Part shown: piece by piece, positions 1 to 12,100 of the stretch
Layout of the letters: each line of letters opens with the position of its first letter
Numbering within the stretch: position 1 is the stretch's first letter
From: Girardia tigrina
Lineage: Eukaryota
NCBI GenBank assembly: GCA_001938485.1
Contig: MQRK01236006.1
Location: forward strand, 17,797 to 81,796
Reading direction: 5' to 3'
DNA length: 64,000 nt
Notes under the pieces: model-generated
What the model was told of the DNA's origin: nothing
What the model saw: only the letters and a program-made list of their open reading frames with translations
Database searches by the model: none
Made by a program: the position numbers and the translations under genes

Positions 1-60
1 AACCGATTACATAATCATCATTTTTGTATTTATATACAGGTGAATTGATTATTAATTAGT

Positions 61-99
61 GACCTGAAGATGACGGTAGATCCGTCGAAATATATTGTC
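61..99 (+). ncRNA. Minimal type I hammerhead ribozyme (PLE-type)
   Basis: GAC-CTGAAGA-T-GACGG(TAGAT)CCGTC-GAAA-TATA-TT-GTC: full core, stem II GACGG/CCGTC, palindromic stem III ATATAT, stem I GAC/GTC; predicted cleavage after position 96. Confidence 0.8.
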
Positions 100-1384
100 T
101 TAAAATATATTTTTAAATGTATGACTTTGGTTATTATTATTATTATTTTTATAATTTTATTATTTTAATTATTTTTATTTAATTAATCCATAAATAAAGA
201 AAATGTGTTTACACAACTTTGTATCAATAATTAACTCAGTGAAATAAAAATTAATTTAAAAAAAAATTTCTAGACATAAATGTGACGAAATATTTTTGAC
301 TAAAAAATAACCTTTTCGGGAGAATATCAGGTGGCCAGCTCGGGTCAACAGCCATTGAAATAATAGTCAAATGCCAAATTGTCAGTTTTCATCAAATTTT
401 CCAAAATCCATGTAGAAATTTCACGAAAAAATATTTATTGAAAAAATAGGAAAAAAAATGTTTTACAAAAATATTATTTATTAGTATAAAAAAAAGAAAG
501 AAAATTATTTTAAATGAAAGAATTTTTCAAATTAACTTTGAGTTGAATTCTTTTTAATTTCGATTTTAATAAAATATTTTAGTTTATTTCAATGATAAAT
601 GTAAAATAATTAGTAGAAATACTGTTTACTCTAATGAGAACCGGAGATCAAAAATTGGAGATAAATAAATGAAAATTCCATCTGGCTAAATAATGGGGTC
701 GATCATTAAATCAGTTGTTTACTTCTGAAAGATTCGACTTGTACTTTTACAATCATTACTGTTACCAAAAAGACTTAGGAAAATATCCTTTGATGGTCTG
801 ATGATTGCAGAAAAAAAATAAAATATTCAACATCCTATAAATACTAAATAAATATAAAGAGAGTAATGATAAACTAATATAAGAGAGCAAAACACTAATG
901 CTTTAAACGAACCTACATATTCACTTAAAAATATTTACTACAAAAGTATAAATTTGACAACAAAAGCTGTAGGAAATAATTATTAGACGTTTAATTTAAT
1001 TAACTTATTGATTGTTGAAGATTGAACAAGGTGGTCACGTTTTATTAAATTGTATTTAATATTATTTTGACATAAAACCAAAATATATGTCCCCCCAAAA
1101 CCAGGAAAAAAGTTTATTTTCGAGTGTTCTTTTCAACTATAAAGTAAATTGAAGTCGTTGTCTTGAAAACATTATTTTTAGAACAAGATAAAAAGTTATT
1201 TATTTTCACCATTACGCAATAAAAATGTTTTTATTAAATTTAAAGTATTTTTTAGTAATTTTTCAGATAAACTTTCAGAATAAATTTAATTGATATTAAA
1301 AGCCTCTCCCGGCTGTGACAGATAAATAAATTATTTAAAATATACTATCATAATAAATTAAAAATAAATTTAGAAATTAAATCA

Positions 1385-1467
1385 GTCATTTGAGTGGGAG
1401 AGACACAATCTCAAATCAACACGCAACATTCCAACACAAAACATCAACATTCTAAAATTTCTTCACA
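1385..1467. repeat. Fragment of dispersed LTR-like repeat with TGTGAGGAAT-type terminus
   Basis: gggagagacacaatctcaaatcaacac...aaaatttcttcaca resembles 35935-36010, 50940-51024 and the reverse complement of 59146-59230. Confidence 0.6.
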
Positions 1468-2662
1468 ATATATGTTCTGAATAGAGATTAACACTTTAAC
1501 TTAAAATAAAAGCATACTTGATCCGTGAATGTTTTTAATTTTACTAAGCATCTTTTTTCTTTTTTTTAGACCTTAGCCGTTTGGCTGTGGGTGCGCCTAA
1601 TTATGCACTAGCCTTATGACTTGGGTTTTGCATATTTCTTTGAGTGTCTAAGTAGGCAAATAACCTGGTGATGCCTATCACCTCTTCAGGTATGGATGGC
1701 TGTTGGCTCCAAAGAGCTCATCGCCCTTTGACAGGTTTTGTTTTTCATCCTGTTGGGTGTCCACACATCCTCTTCACCCAGGTTGCTCTGAGTGAGGGAG
1801 CCGGTTCAGTCGCCAAATATCCGATCATGGGACAGGTAGTACAGATTTACATGGTGCCGGTTAAAGGTATGCTTACCTTAGCTGACCTGAATAGTCAAAA
1901 GCCCAGAGAATTCCCTATCGGTCACTAGTTTGGCAAAACACTAAAAAATCTTTCCAGAATAAAATTAAATACAGACATATTTATATTTTTATTAAAGTAC
2001 TTACTATTGTTTTGTTGTTTTTGTAATTGTTAGTTTGTCACCAAAATACTGTAAGTCCGTTTTCACACATTCAGCTTTTAAGAACTACAAAATTCATAAA
2101 TAAAACTCTTAGGACCCCATGATATTTTTTTACCTATAATAACACTGTAAATTTAATTTTGAATTATCCTGTCCCGGTCAACCATCAATCCCGTTATTAA
2201 TTGACACTACTGGAAAGACAATTCCAACTATATATCATTTTACCAACTGTGACCCTTCATTTAGCGGAAAATTTCGATATTTACTTGTTTTCAGTTTCAT
2301 CAGGGCTTGTAGGTTAGAGTTGGAATTTTAAAGAGTGGTAAATTCGTCCCAATCTGACCCCCTTTACTTTATAATTTTAAGATTTGACTTGAAATTTTTA
2401 ATTGTAAATGTTTATCATTCATTTGAAATTAGATCGACATGAAACTTGAAAACATGTCGTGATGCACCAAATTTTGTTGACTTGTATTTGTGCATTTAAT
2501 TTAACCTAATTAATTTCCGAAACTTATGGTTGATTGTATTTAGGAAAAGAAAAAGTGATTGCAACAATAAAACCCTATGAGCTTCTAAAGCAACTCATTC
2601 AGTGGTTCAACCTTTTTTTGGATTTTTAATTCACATAAATCGTATTTTTTTCTCTTTTATAT

Positions 2663-3357
2663 GAATAATTGAAAAAATATTTTGTTATACTTTTTTAAGA
2701 AATGAATTATTGAACATGTTTTGAAGTTTTATACTCCATCAACATAAATTATAATTTAAAATTTATTATTTTTGTTGTGTTGCTACATTTGCTACATTTC
2801 TAACTTTTGTTATATTTGTTATATTTTTAAATCTGTAAAATCAGTTAAGTTTTTATGGTGTAAAAAATTAGGTTATATTTTTTCATATGTGCAAATGTTC
2901 TTTATTTTTTTTATTCGTTAAGGAAAATATATATTATATTAATGTTATTGTTTAAAAGAATAAAAAGCGTTATGAAATACCACAATTTAAAAAATCAATA
3001 ATAAAAATATTTGGAATTTCGTTATTACATTTTTGATATATTATTTTTTGTATTTGATATATTATTTAACTTTAAATCAAACGAAATTATTTAATAAGTT
3101 TTAATGTTAGTTTTATAAAAAAATTTTTTAAAAAAACGTTTTAAAAGAATTAAATTTTTATTTTGTTTTATTAATTCAAGATATTAATAGATAATAATCC
3201 GCCTTTATTTTGTCTATTTTGAATCATTATTAATAAGAAACTACAATATACTAATAAATATTAAATTATAATCGATGATGATGGAGTATGAAATTTTGAA
3301 ATATGTTCAATAATTGATTTCTTGAAAAAGTTTCAAAAAATATTTTTGAAATATTAG
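2663..3357. repeat. Degenerate inverted-repeat pair (~80-bp arms), probable old MITE
   Basis: 2663-2741 is an imperfect reverse complement of 3279-3357 (tgatggagtat...atgttcaataatt.atttctt.aaaaagt). Confidence 0.5.
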
Positions 3358-3390
3358 AAAATCGCCGTTCAGAAGACTCATTAATATATA

Positions 3391-4743
3391 CAGTCTATCC
3401 TCGTTTCCGGGGCATTCTTTATAGTGGGGCACCTTGATTTCTGGTGAAATTTTGGTTTTTGGGGCAAGTTTTAAGATAATCACACTATTACCTATTATTT
3501 ATATTGTGTTTTTATTCCAAAAGTACAATTATGTTTCGTTTTTGGAGCATATTTTTTAACCTAAAAATAATATTTAATCTTGGTCTGAAATAAGTATCAA
3601 AATTTCCCCAAATTTAAAATATTACAAGCTTTTTTTTAAAAAGTTTTGTTAAATTTTATGTTAATTTTTTTTTAAATTTATATTAAATTTTGTAAAAAAA
3701 ACATTATCCCCAATGACGAAATTGCGAAATGTTTGAAGGATGGAAAAACAATAGAGTGAAAATTAATTGAAAAATTTTCTACAAGTAAAGGTGCCATTTT
3801 TAGAATTAAAAAGAATTTAGACAATATTCTTAACATTTGGGATGAAAGAAAATGTGACAAGCAAAAATCAGGAGAAACTATGAAAGAAAATCCATTTAAT
3901 AAATATAAAGAGCTTAATGGTTTGGTCTTGGAAGTTTTTAATCGCCTAAGATCTTCATCGATTCCATTAAATGGAACGATAATGAAAACCATCGCTGTGA
4001 AAATTGCAAAAAAAAACTTGGATTAGAAAACGTCAAGGTGTCTAATGGGTGGATGGAGAATTAGAAAAAACGGAATAAATTGGAGTTTAAACGAATTGCC
4101 AGTGAATCAAGATCTGCTGATTTGGAACTATGAGGGGTTAATTTAAATTTCCATCTCGCCAGAATAATTTATTATTTTTTTTTTAATTTAAAGGTCAAAT
4201 ATTTTAATGTTAATATGTGTATTAAATATTTAAAAAAAATAAAAAAATGATATAATAAAATAACTATTAAAAAAATCAAATACGTTCTTAAAAATAAAAT
4301 ATGTTTTTAATGTGTTTTTTTTAAAAATATTTCAAAAATTAAAAATGATAAAATAAAAGAAAATCTTAAAAAATTAAATATCTATTTAAAAATAAAAAAA
4401 TATCTTTTAATGTGTCTATTAAATATCTTAAAATTAAAAATGTTAAGAAAACCATTAAATATTAAATATTTATTTTATAAATAAAAAATATTTTTACAGT
4501 CATAACAATTTATATATTTTAATAAATTTTGATGTTAAAAAAATGAATCCTGATATTGAGGTTGCAACCACTTCTCACAGGAACATTTAGATGAATTTTA
4601 CGATGTTCTTAAAAAAAATTGGAATAAATTTTATTTAGTTTTTCTATGTTTTTTAATTTTTTGGATTTTTTTTGGTTTTTGGGGAATTCTTGGTTTTTGG
4701 GGCAAAATTTGATATTTTTTGCTCCAAAACCGAGAGTGGACTT
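3391..4743 (+). mobile_element. pogo/Tigger-like DNA transposon remnant (CENP-B-type HTH), interrupted by an LTR-like insert
   Basis: Imperfect TIRs CAGTCTATCCTCGTTTCCGGGGC / GCTCCAAAACCGAGAGTGGACTT flanked by TA; 3760-4128 translates (one frameshift, one stop) to ...FNRLRSSSIPLNGTIMKTIAVKIAKK/LGLENVKVSNGWMEN*KKRNKLEFKRIASESRSAD, the Tigger/CENP-B HTH signature. Confidence 0.75.
4129..4579. mobile_element. LTR-like (solo LTR) repeat family A, copy 1
   Basis: Ends TATGAGGGG...CTTCTCACA with exact 5-bp TSD GGAAC (4124-4128, 4580-4584); homologous to 23726-24128 and 38871-39439. Confidence 0.75.
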
Positions 4744-6312
4744 TATATATATAACATTTATTAAACGTTTACTAAACACTTCAAAATAGTTTTTTAATCA
4801 TTTTTGATACAAACTAGGTGAAGTTGTACCTTAAAGGAAAATATGAAATCATTTATGTTTTCTTATTTAAATAAACATGATTTTTGCATTTTTCAAGTAT
4901 AAGTGTAGTATAAGTGTAAAGGATGTAAGTTATTATTCTCCTCTTAAGAAACTGAAATAACTATTAAATATAAAAAATTTATATTCTTCTTTTTGTAATT
5001 TTAATAATTAATTAAAATATTGTTAAATGCTCATCAATGTAAAGACGACTGATGAAATATTTTCAACAGTTGTTAAGTATTTGATATTCTTACTAATTAA
5101 TCATATCGAATTAATTAAGTTATTTTCTATTTCAATATAACTAACTATTTTAAATTTGAGAGCTTAGATTTTTGTTATTTTATATTTTTATTATGCTATC
5201 ATTTTGAAATCTTTTGGGACGATTTTGTTGAAGAATTTTTTGTTTATGTTATGCTCTCCTTTTAATTATTAGTCATAGGAATACATGTTTTAAAGTATTT
5301 AAAGTTTTCAAGAATTTTATTATTTAATTATAAAATGAAAAACTAAATTACAAATTATATTGAAATTCAACTTTTTATCAAAACTCAATGAGAACTAATT
5401 TTTTCAAAGTCAAACTTACTTTATTTTTTAAAAAAAGATTTTAAAGAATGTTTTATAGTTTTATATACTTAACAAGAAGCTGAGCGGTAAAAGTTAATCA
5501 AAACTCACTTTTTTGTTGACTCAAACTGGTAATAATAAAATAATGGAGCGCCTTTAGTTACTTACATAACCTACAGTCTGACAAAAGGTTCTTGTAAATA
5601 AAAAGATAAAAGATTGTTATTTCTTGCTTAACCGCCAATATTTAACTTCATAAAATAAAAATATCAAATTCTCGTAATTTTCTTTTAGTTTTCTCCATTA
5701 AAAGAAATTAAAAATTAATCAATAAATTAAAAAAAATTTATAAAGATAAATCAAACCAACTGTTCAAAATTTACGATCGTAGTTTAAGTTTTATGAGACA
5801 TAAAAATTTCGAATGAATTTCGTTTCCCAATAGGGAAAGTTGGAAACGGGTTGAATGTTACTCAATTATGCAAAAGCAATTTGAACAGAAATTTGCGTAA
5901 TTAAATAATTTAATTTAAACAAAATATTTATTGTAGTTTATATTATCATTTATTTTTCCCAAAGTTTCTGTAACAAGACATCGTTTTACGATGGTATTCT
6001 CTTTTTGAAGAAGCACTTTCTCTGGAAGTGGTTTAAGAAGTTCAAGCAGTTGATGGAATTAGCAAACCTTTGTTGCATGATTTTTATTTTCTTAGTTTAA
6101 AAACCATATTTAAAAAGAAAAATAACAAGAAAAACAAATGTAATTTATTTCTTTTAAAATATTCCCACGAGTTTAATACTTTTCTTCAACTGATGTGGTA
6201 AGTTTTTCATATTTTTTCAATTTTTTAACACTCATTTCTTTTGTTCTTTTATTATCTCATATTTAGATATTAATCTAACATATTTCAATGTATCTATATA
6301 TATATATATATA

Positions 6313-6780
6313 CATTGTAAGGTAGAATCTATATAATAGGGATAAAAACAAGACGACGCGTTTCGAGATAATAATAATCCCATCATCAGGTCACAAAATG
6401 TACTAAGCAAGTACACTATATGGAAATTTGCTGGAAATAAATAAAATTAATCCAATAAATTATTGGATGAAAATAACTTTATTTCACTTTTCCTTAAAAT
6501 TAAGAAAAATGCACTAAATGCAATCAGTCTCATTCTCGCAAACCAACCATTGGCAGCTATCAATTGCCATTTGAGAAAACGATATGTTTTCTCTATCGTT
6601 CCGTACTTTACAAGGTAACGGAGACATATGATAAAGATGACAACTAACAGCACACCAAAAGCTAATCTTTGAGATGAAACTTCTCATACTCAATACAATC
6701 AACTCAATTTTAGCCTTCCCATCACACCCAAAACAATCCGTTACTTTGTAAACTACGGAACCTAAAATTGGTGAATATCA
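6313..6780 (-). mobile_element. Hammerhead-bearing repeat (PLE-like end or non-autonomous derivative), copy 1
   Basis: Colinear with 44729-45150 over ~400 bp; contains the hammerhead at 6352-6392; abuts (TA)n. Confidence 0.6.
6352..6392 (-). ncRNA. Minimal type I hammerhead ribozyme
   Basis: Reverse complement GAC-CTGATGA-T-GGGAT(TATTATT)ATCTC-GAAA-CGCG-TC-GTC: intact core, GUC cleavage triplet, palindromic ACGCGT stem III. Confidence 0.88.
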
Positions 6781-6793
6781 TGATTTGTTGCTA

Positions 6794-7538
6794 TTAGGTT
6801 GTCCTAAAAGTTCCCGGTCAAGAATAAAAAATACATTTTCTGTGCAAGAATTTATTTTAAATAAATAAATAAATAAATTAATCTTCAAGGCAGGGTACTT
6901 CTGCTTGAGCTTCTCGTAGACACAGTCCAGCTGTTGACAATAGAGCTCTGCATTGATGGCCTGGCCTTTCTGAACCAACTCAAAGTGTACGACTTTGACC
7001 AAGTAGACCCACTTCTCGTCCGACGTCACAATTCGCTTCCAAAAGTGGTCATCTCATAGATTCTGTAGTAGTTGTCGGCAAATTTGGACTCTTTTATAGG
7101 CCTTTGCTTTGGTGAGTTCGTGTGGATCTTGACGAGGTTTCTTGTTCACAAAGTCGATCTGCTTCAAATGCCAATGTATGGTTAACTTGCCAATTCCAAG
7201 CTTAAATGCCAAATTGCGAGTGCTTGACGAAGGCTTCATGTCCAAATCTGCTTGCAAGTCATCGTTATCTAATTTTGTTGGTCGTCCAGAACCAGGACCC
7301 ATTCAAGTCAAAGTTGCCTTTACCAATCAATTGCCATACTTTTTCCGACCGTTTGTGTACCTTCAACTTAGGAAATTGCCTTGGCAGCATCTCGTGTTGT
7401 CAAGCCTTTCTTCCAATAGTGACGTAGCAACACACAATAAATAAATCTATATATATATATATATATATCAAATAAATAATGCCAAAAAGAAATTTGAAAG
7501 AAATTTATTATTGACCGGGAACTTTTAGGACAACCTAA
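6794..7538 (-). mobile_element. Internally deleted mariner transposon
   Basis: Perfect 28-bp TIRs TTAGGTTGTCCTAAAAGTTCCCGGTCAA with TA TSDs; remnants GSGRPTKLDNDDL, DPHELT, VTSDEKWVY, INAELYCQQL. Confidence 0.92.
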
Positions 7539-8651
7539 TATGTAGCTTTTAGCTTCATAATTTTTTCTGTGACTTTAATACTTTAAATATACTTGATTAA
7601 GCCATTTTTTAACGTTCTTTTCTTTGAACTGAAGAAACCTACAATTTTTCTGTTTCCCTGTTACAATTATTTGAAAAAAACTCTTATTAAATTTTAGATA
7701 AATTTCAATTTCTTTGTTTTACTCGACAAATAAATTACACAAAAAAATCAACTTTGAAATTATCAATAAAATCGAAACTCAACTTTATCATTTGCAAAAT
7801 ATCTCCAAATCCGATCAAAATATTTTACAAATCTCTCAATTCTGTCTCGCGTTCGTCTATCGAATGAAGTGCGATTATTGCGATATTTATACGAAATTGC
7901 AGAATGAATTATCGATGAACTCGCAATTTTCTAACAGTTTGCGGATTTAATATATATTTTTACTACTTGTCTTAAAATTAATATTTTATGAATCCTGAAA
8001 ATGAGGATCTTCTTTTTTAATCATTTGCTTGATTGTTTTTATTGATTTAATTAATAAAAATGTAATTAGAAAATAGCAAATCATACATATGTATATGTAT
8101 ACTCCAAAATAGAGAGATCTTTCTGAAATTAAAGCGTTTAGAAGGGTGTGGTTTATACATGGTTTTTGCGGGTTTTAAAAATCATAGACTGCTGGTTATA
8201 ATCAGAACTTTAGGATATTTTATTATAGATTTTTATTTCTCATGTAAATTATTTTTGCTGATGATATGTAATATTATAAGAAAATCTTAATGCAAATCTC
8301 AAAAGACGGCAAATATTTGATTGATTATCAAAAAAGAAATAAAATAAGTTTAAAATAAATCAAACAACGAAACATGTGGCAAAGTTATATGAGGTTATCC
8401 AAGCGCACTTCCAATGGAATCACATACTTTACTTTTTCGTGTGGATTTTTTCATGTCCATTTATTTTTTTAATTCCCTGACATTGTTGTTTGTCGAGCTC
8501 AATAATAATATGAAACTGTTTACTAGAGTTTGTTTTTAACAAAAAACGTCTTTTAAAATGAATTAATGTCTGCTATTTAATGACAGTAAAAAATTATTTG
8601 GTATTTAAACATGATTACTTCCATCTTTTAACAGAGCAAGTACATAATAAC

Positions 8652-8740
8652 TGCGAGGAATATTTTAAATTGTATGAATGAGTGAATGTATTGATGCTGT
8701 ATGTTGATTTAAGTATGTTGAACTTAGAATGGTCATTCTA
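8652..8740. repeat. TGTGAGGAAT-type LTR-like terminus fragment
   Basis: Reverse complement matches 33995-34087. Confidence 0.55.
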
Positions 8741-8814
8741 GTGATTAACTACTCAAACAGAATTAAAATAATAATTTGACAAGAGTATATTTTTAAAATT
8801 AACAATTAAAATCG

Positions 8815-9146
8815 GTTCATGGCCGAAATTTCTAAAAACCAAATGTTCTAAAACAAAAATTTCTTAAACGAAAATTTCTAAAATCAAAATTACCCTTTAT
8901 GAAGTACTTTGCAATTCATCTTCAATTTAATCAGAACCAGACGTGGTGAGATTTGTAAGTTATTTTGAGGATAATTGGATTGGAAGATGCGACCATAATA
9001 GCAATCGCAGAAAACCTGTACTTAACATGTGGAATTCTTATGATAATGTCATAATTGGATTTACAAAAAAAAACAATAATAATTTCGAAGGATGGCATCG
9101 AGGTTTTAGTGAATTAATAACATCATTCCACCAAAGAACAAAATAA
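8815..9146 (+). mobile_element. Mutator-like (MULE) transposase C-terminal remnant preceded by short tandem subrepeats
   Basis: YFEDNWIGR...MWN..D......KNNNNFEGWHRGF matches the MULE WN...RTNNxxEGWH motif; ~15-bp AAATTTCTAAAA repeats at 8825-8890. Confidence 0.6.
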
Positions 9147-9162
9147 TACTGAAATAAAACTA

Positions 9163-12100
9163 TTGGGCTGTTGCATAAGTTCCCGTTACATGAAACTATT
9201 TGTTCTACAAAGACCTTTTGATGTTTGACGAAGTGTTATATGCCATTAGATAGCCCGTGCTATGTTCTACAAGATTAAAGTAATTCTTTTTGCCTATATA
9301 ATTTTTTTGTCTTTTTAGAACGGTCAAATGGATTGTCAAGACTACAAAAATCGCATTTTCGACACCTTCTTTTCGCATTTAATTTAGGTCAAAAAGCGAG
9401 TGAAGCTACCAGAGGTACTTGTGCAATGTATGGAGAGGACGCTATAGCTGAGAGAACTGCTCGGGATTGGTTTTCCAGGTTCAAACACGATAATTTCGAC
9501 CTCAATGACGCTCTTTGTTCCGGAAGACCAGTCGAGATGGACGAAGACCAACTCGGGGATCTTTTGAAGGAAGATGGCTGCCAGATATGCAGGCTGAAAA
9601 GATGAATTGTGATTTTGCGACAATGTCACGCCACCTTCAGTCAATGAGTTTCACTCAAAAGTGTTGCGGTCGAAAAACCCATTTACGTATTTTAACATAA
9701 TTACACAAACACACAAACACAGCACTCAGCAAACAGAAGGAAAAGAAAGTCAGTAAAATTTAATACATATATTTAACGAACATGACAACACTACAGTAGA
9801 CGAGTTTCAGAACTGTCGAGGCCCACCAGAAGGTCGGTAGGGCATCGAAGACGTTGAATAAGAACTAAAACTGTAACATAAAGAAAATAAACAAAGTCGA
9901 ATAAAAACTTACCCGATGATGAAAATCGAACAATCACCCCTCCACAGTTGGAGCATTGCGAAGCGCACATATGACGGTGACCCGTAAGAACGTAGAAGAT
10001 CCCTGAGAGAAGTTATAAACCTTAAAAGAATAAAAAAATTAATCAATAACTAGATCGAAAAGGATGAAGTCCCTTACTGGAATACCCAGTAGAGTTGGGG
10101 GTCAACCGACCCTCTCCGAACAGCCCCTCACACGACGAGTCCCTGAGTGGAACTTGTGAGACGACGACAGATCCCCGAAAAAAGTTATCGGTCCTGAAAG
10201 AGCAATAATTAATTAAGAATCAGACAGAAAACAATAAACTCCCTCACCGGGGTATCCAATAGAGTTAGGAGATCAACCAATCCTCACATGAAAGAGCATC
10301 GCGAGTACAATTCCTGAGCGAAGATATAACTCCTGAAAGATTCAAAAGTCAATTAACAAATATAAAATAATTAATTAAACTTACCATGACTCAACAGTAA
10401 AACACGAGATCACCTGACGACCATGAATCACCATGAATCATCGGTGAATAATCCGCACGTGTGTCCTGAAAATATTAACGTATGTGTCGACATACAATTA
10501 CAAAATTCTATAGTAAATCAAAAATTACCAAAAATTTTTGAAGGCACACGAACAAGCCCGACCAACCAGCATCACGGAATTTTGCAGTCTTCTTGCTGGC
10601 ACAAGGCAATTGGCCGAGAAGAGACAACAGGACAACCTATCCATGGTATAAAATGAGAATCATTTTTCAACTAAGTCGCACATTTTTGAAATAAAAACCA
10701 ATTTTACGTTTACGCATAACGTCGAGATATCACGCTACCAAAGAAGTTTCGAGTGAAAGCAGTTGATCCATGAGCACACCGCAGACGAAAGAGCGACAAC
10801 CTATCCTTGAAGACCGGCGATATCAACGAGCGAATTTACGGCACCGAGAGAGTAAATCCCAGATCCTAGTGCAGACTTACCGACGAACGCTTCAACCGAT
10901 TGACACGCTGACGAGGGAAAACCATTCAAATCTCACCGATCGACGATTGAGCCAGCGAACCTCCGGATACCTATACCGATACTGTAATTTTGATTAATTT
11001 TTAGAAACATAGTTGATTAATTTTATTTATGTTAATACATGTATTTGACCAATTCTTGTTAAGTTATAATAAATTTATTCAATTATTTCTTATTTGATCC
11101 ATCGAATTTTAATAAATTAATTGTTACCATATAAACAACAGTGGTTTGGTCTGAATATAAACAGTCTATGAGTATGTTCCTGATTGAAATTAATACCCGT
11201 CAGTCTGATTAAAAGCCAATAACAGCTCGAACACCCATTCCTTCGGAGCCGTAGTTGATCATTAGTTCTCCGGTCGCCGTCCGCGTCGCCAGTGAATATC
11301 TAGAGATGCAGGTCCATGTTATTCAAAAGAAATTCCAATTTGTAGTTAAATTTACAAATTTCCGAAGAGTTTCAAACCGTCGAGCGGTTTGTAGGGCGAA
11401 CCTTAGACTATTCAAACAAATAAAATTTCCCGTAAATAAAAGTCCTATTAATTAGCGATTTTTTTTATAAAATTTTGATACTAAATAGAATTTTTATAAT
11501 AATAGAGTTTTTGAATTATAAAGTAGAATTTTTATAGTCATTGATTTTTACATTTAATTCTAATATGGTGATTTTATAGTAATAATATGGTAATTTGGAG
11601 TTAATTTCTTTCCATTAACTTTACAATGAATCAGTTTTATGATGAATTAATTCTAGTGAACTTACCAATTTCGAATGATTATTAAAATTATATAGTGAAT
11701 GATGATTAGAATTTTTATAATGGATTTTATGAGATTAGAATTACTAAAGAAAAATACGAATTGTTGATAGAGGTTTTCACAAGTTTTACAATAGGAATTT
11801 TGACTAATTAATGAATAATGCATAATTTGACAGATAAGTAACGAACAATCGATAAGTTGAAGGAGTTTAGATAAATCAGTAAATGTCAATAGACTTATAA
11901 TCCTGTTGTTGATGAGTCCATGGCAAATGTATTGATGATGTTTTAGCAACGAAAACGAGCGACTAGGAAGCAAATTGATGACCTAAATTAGTACGGCCGA
12001 TAGTAAATCAAAGCGATCCTATGGCGCATCAATACGAAGTAGATAAAATGTGATAAAACGATAGTACAATAATATTTAACGGTCGATATCATGAATATAA

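Noticed and set aside
798-820. CTGATGA...GAAA as a hammerhead (likewise 8258, 10909, 12310, 45668)
   Set aside because: No pairing stem II or stem I around the core words
3678-3992. 104-aa minus-strand ORF
   Set aside because: Antisense shadow of the pogo transposase remnant; the same applies to ORFs antisense to the mariners and Gypsy
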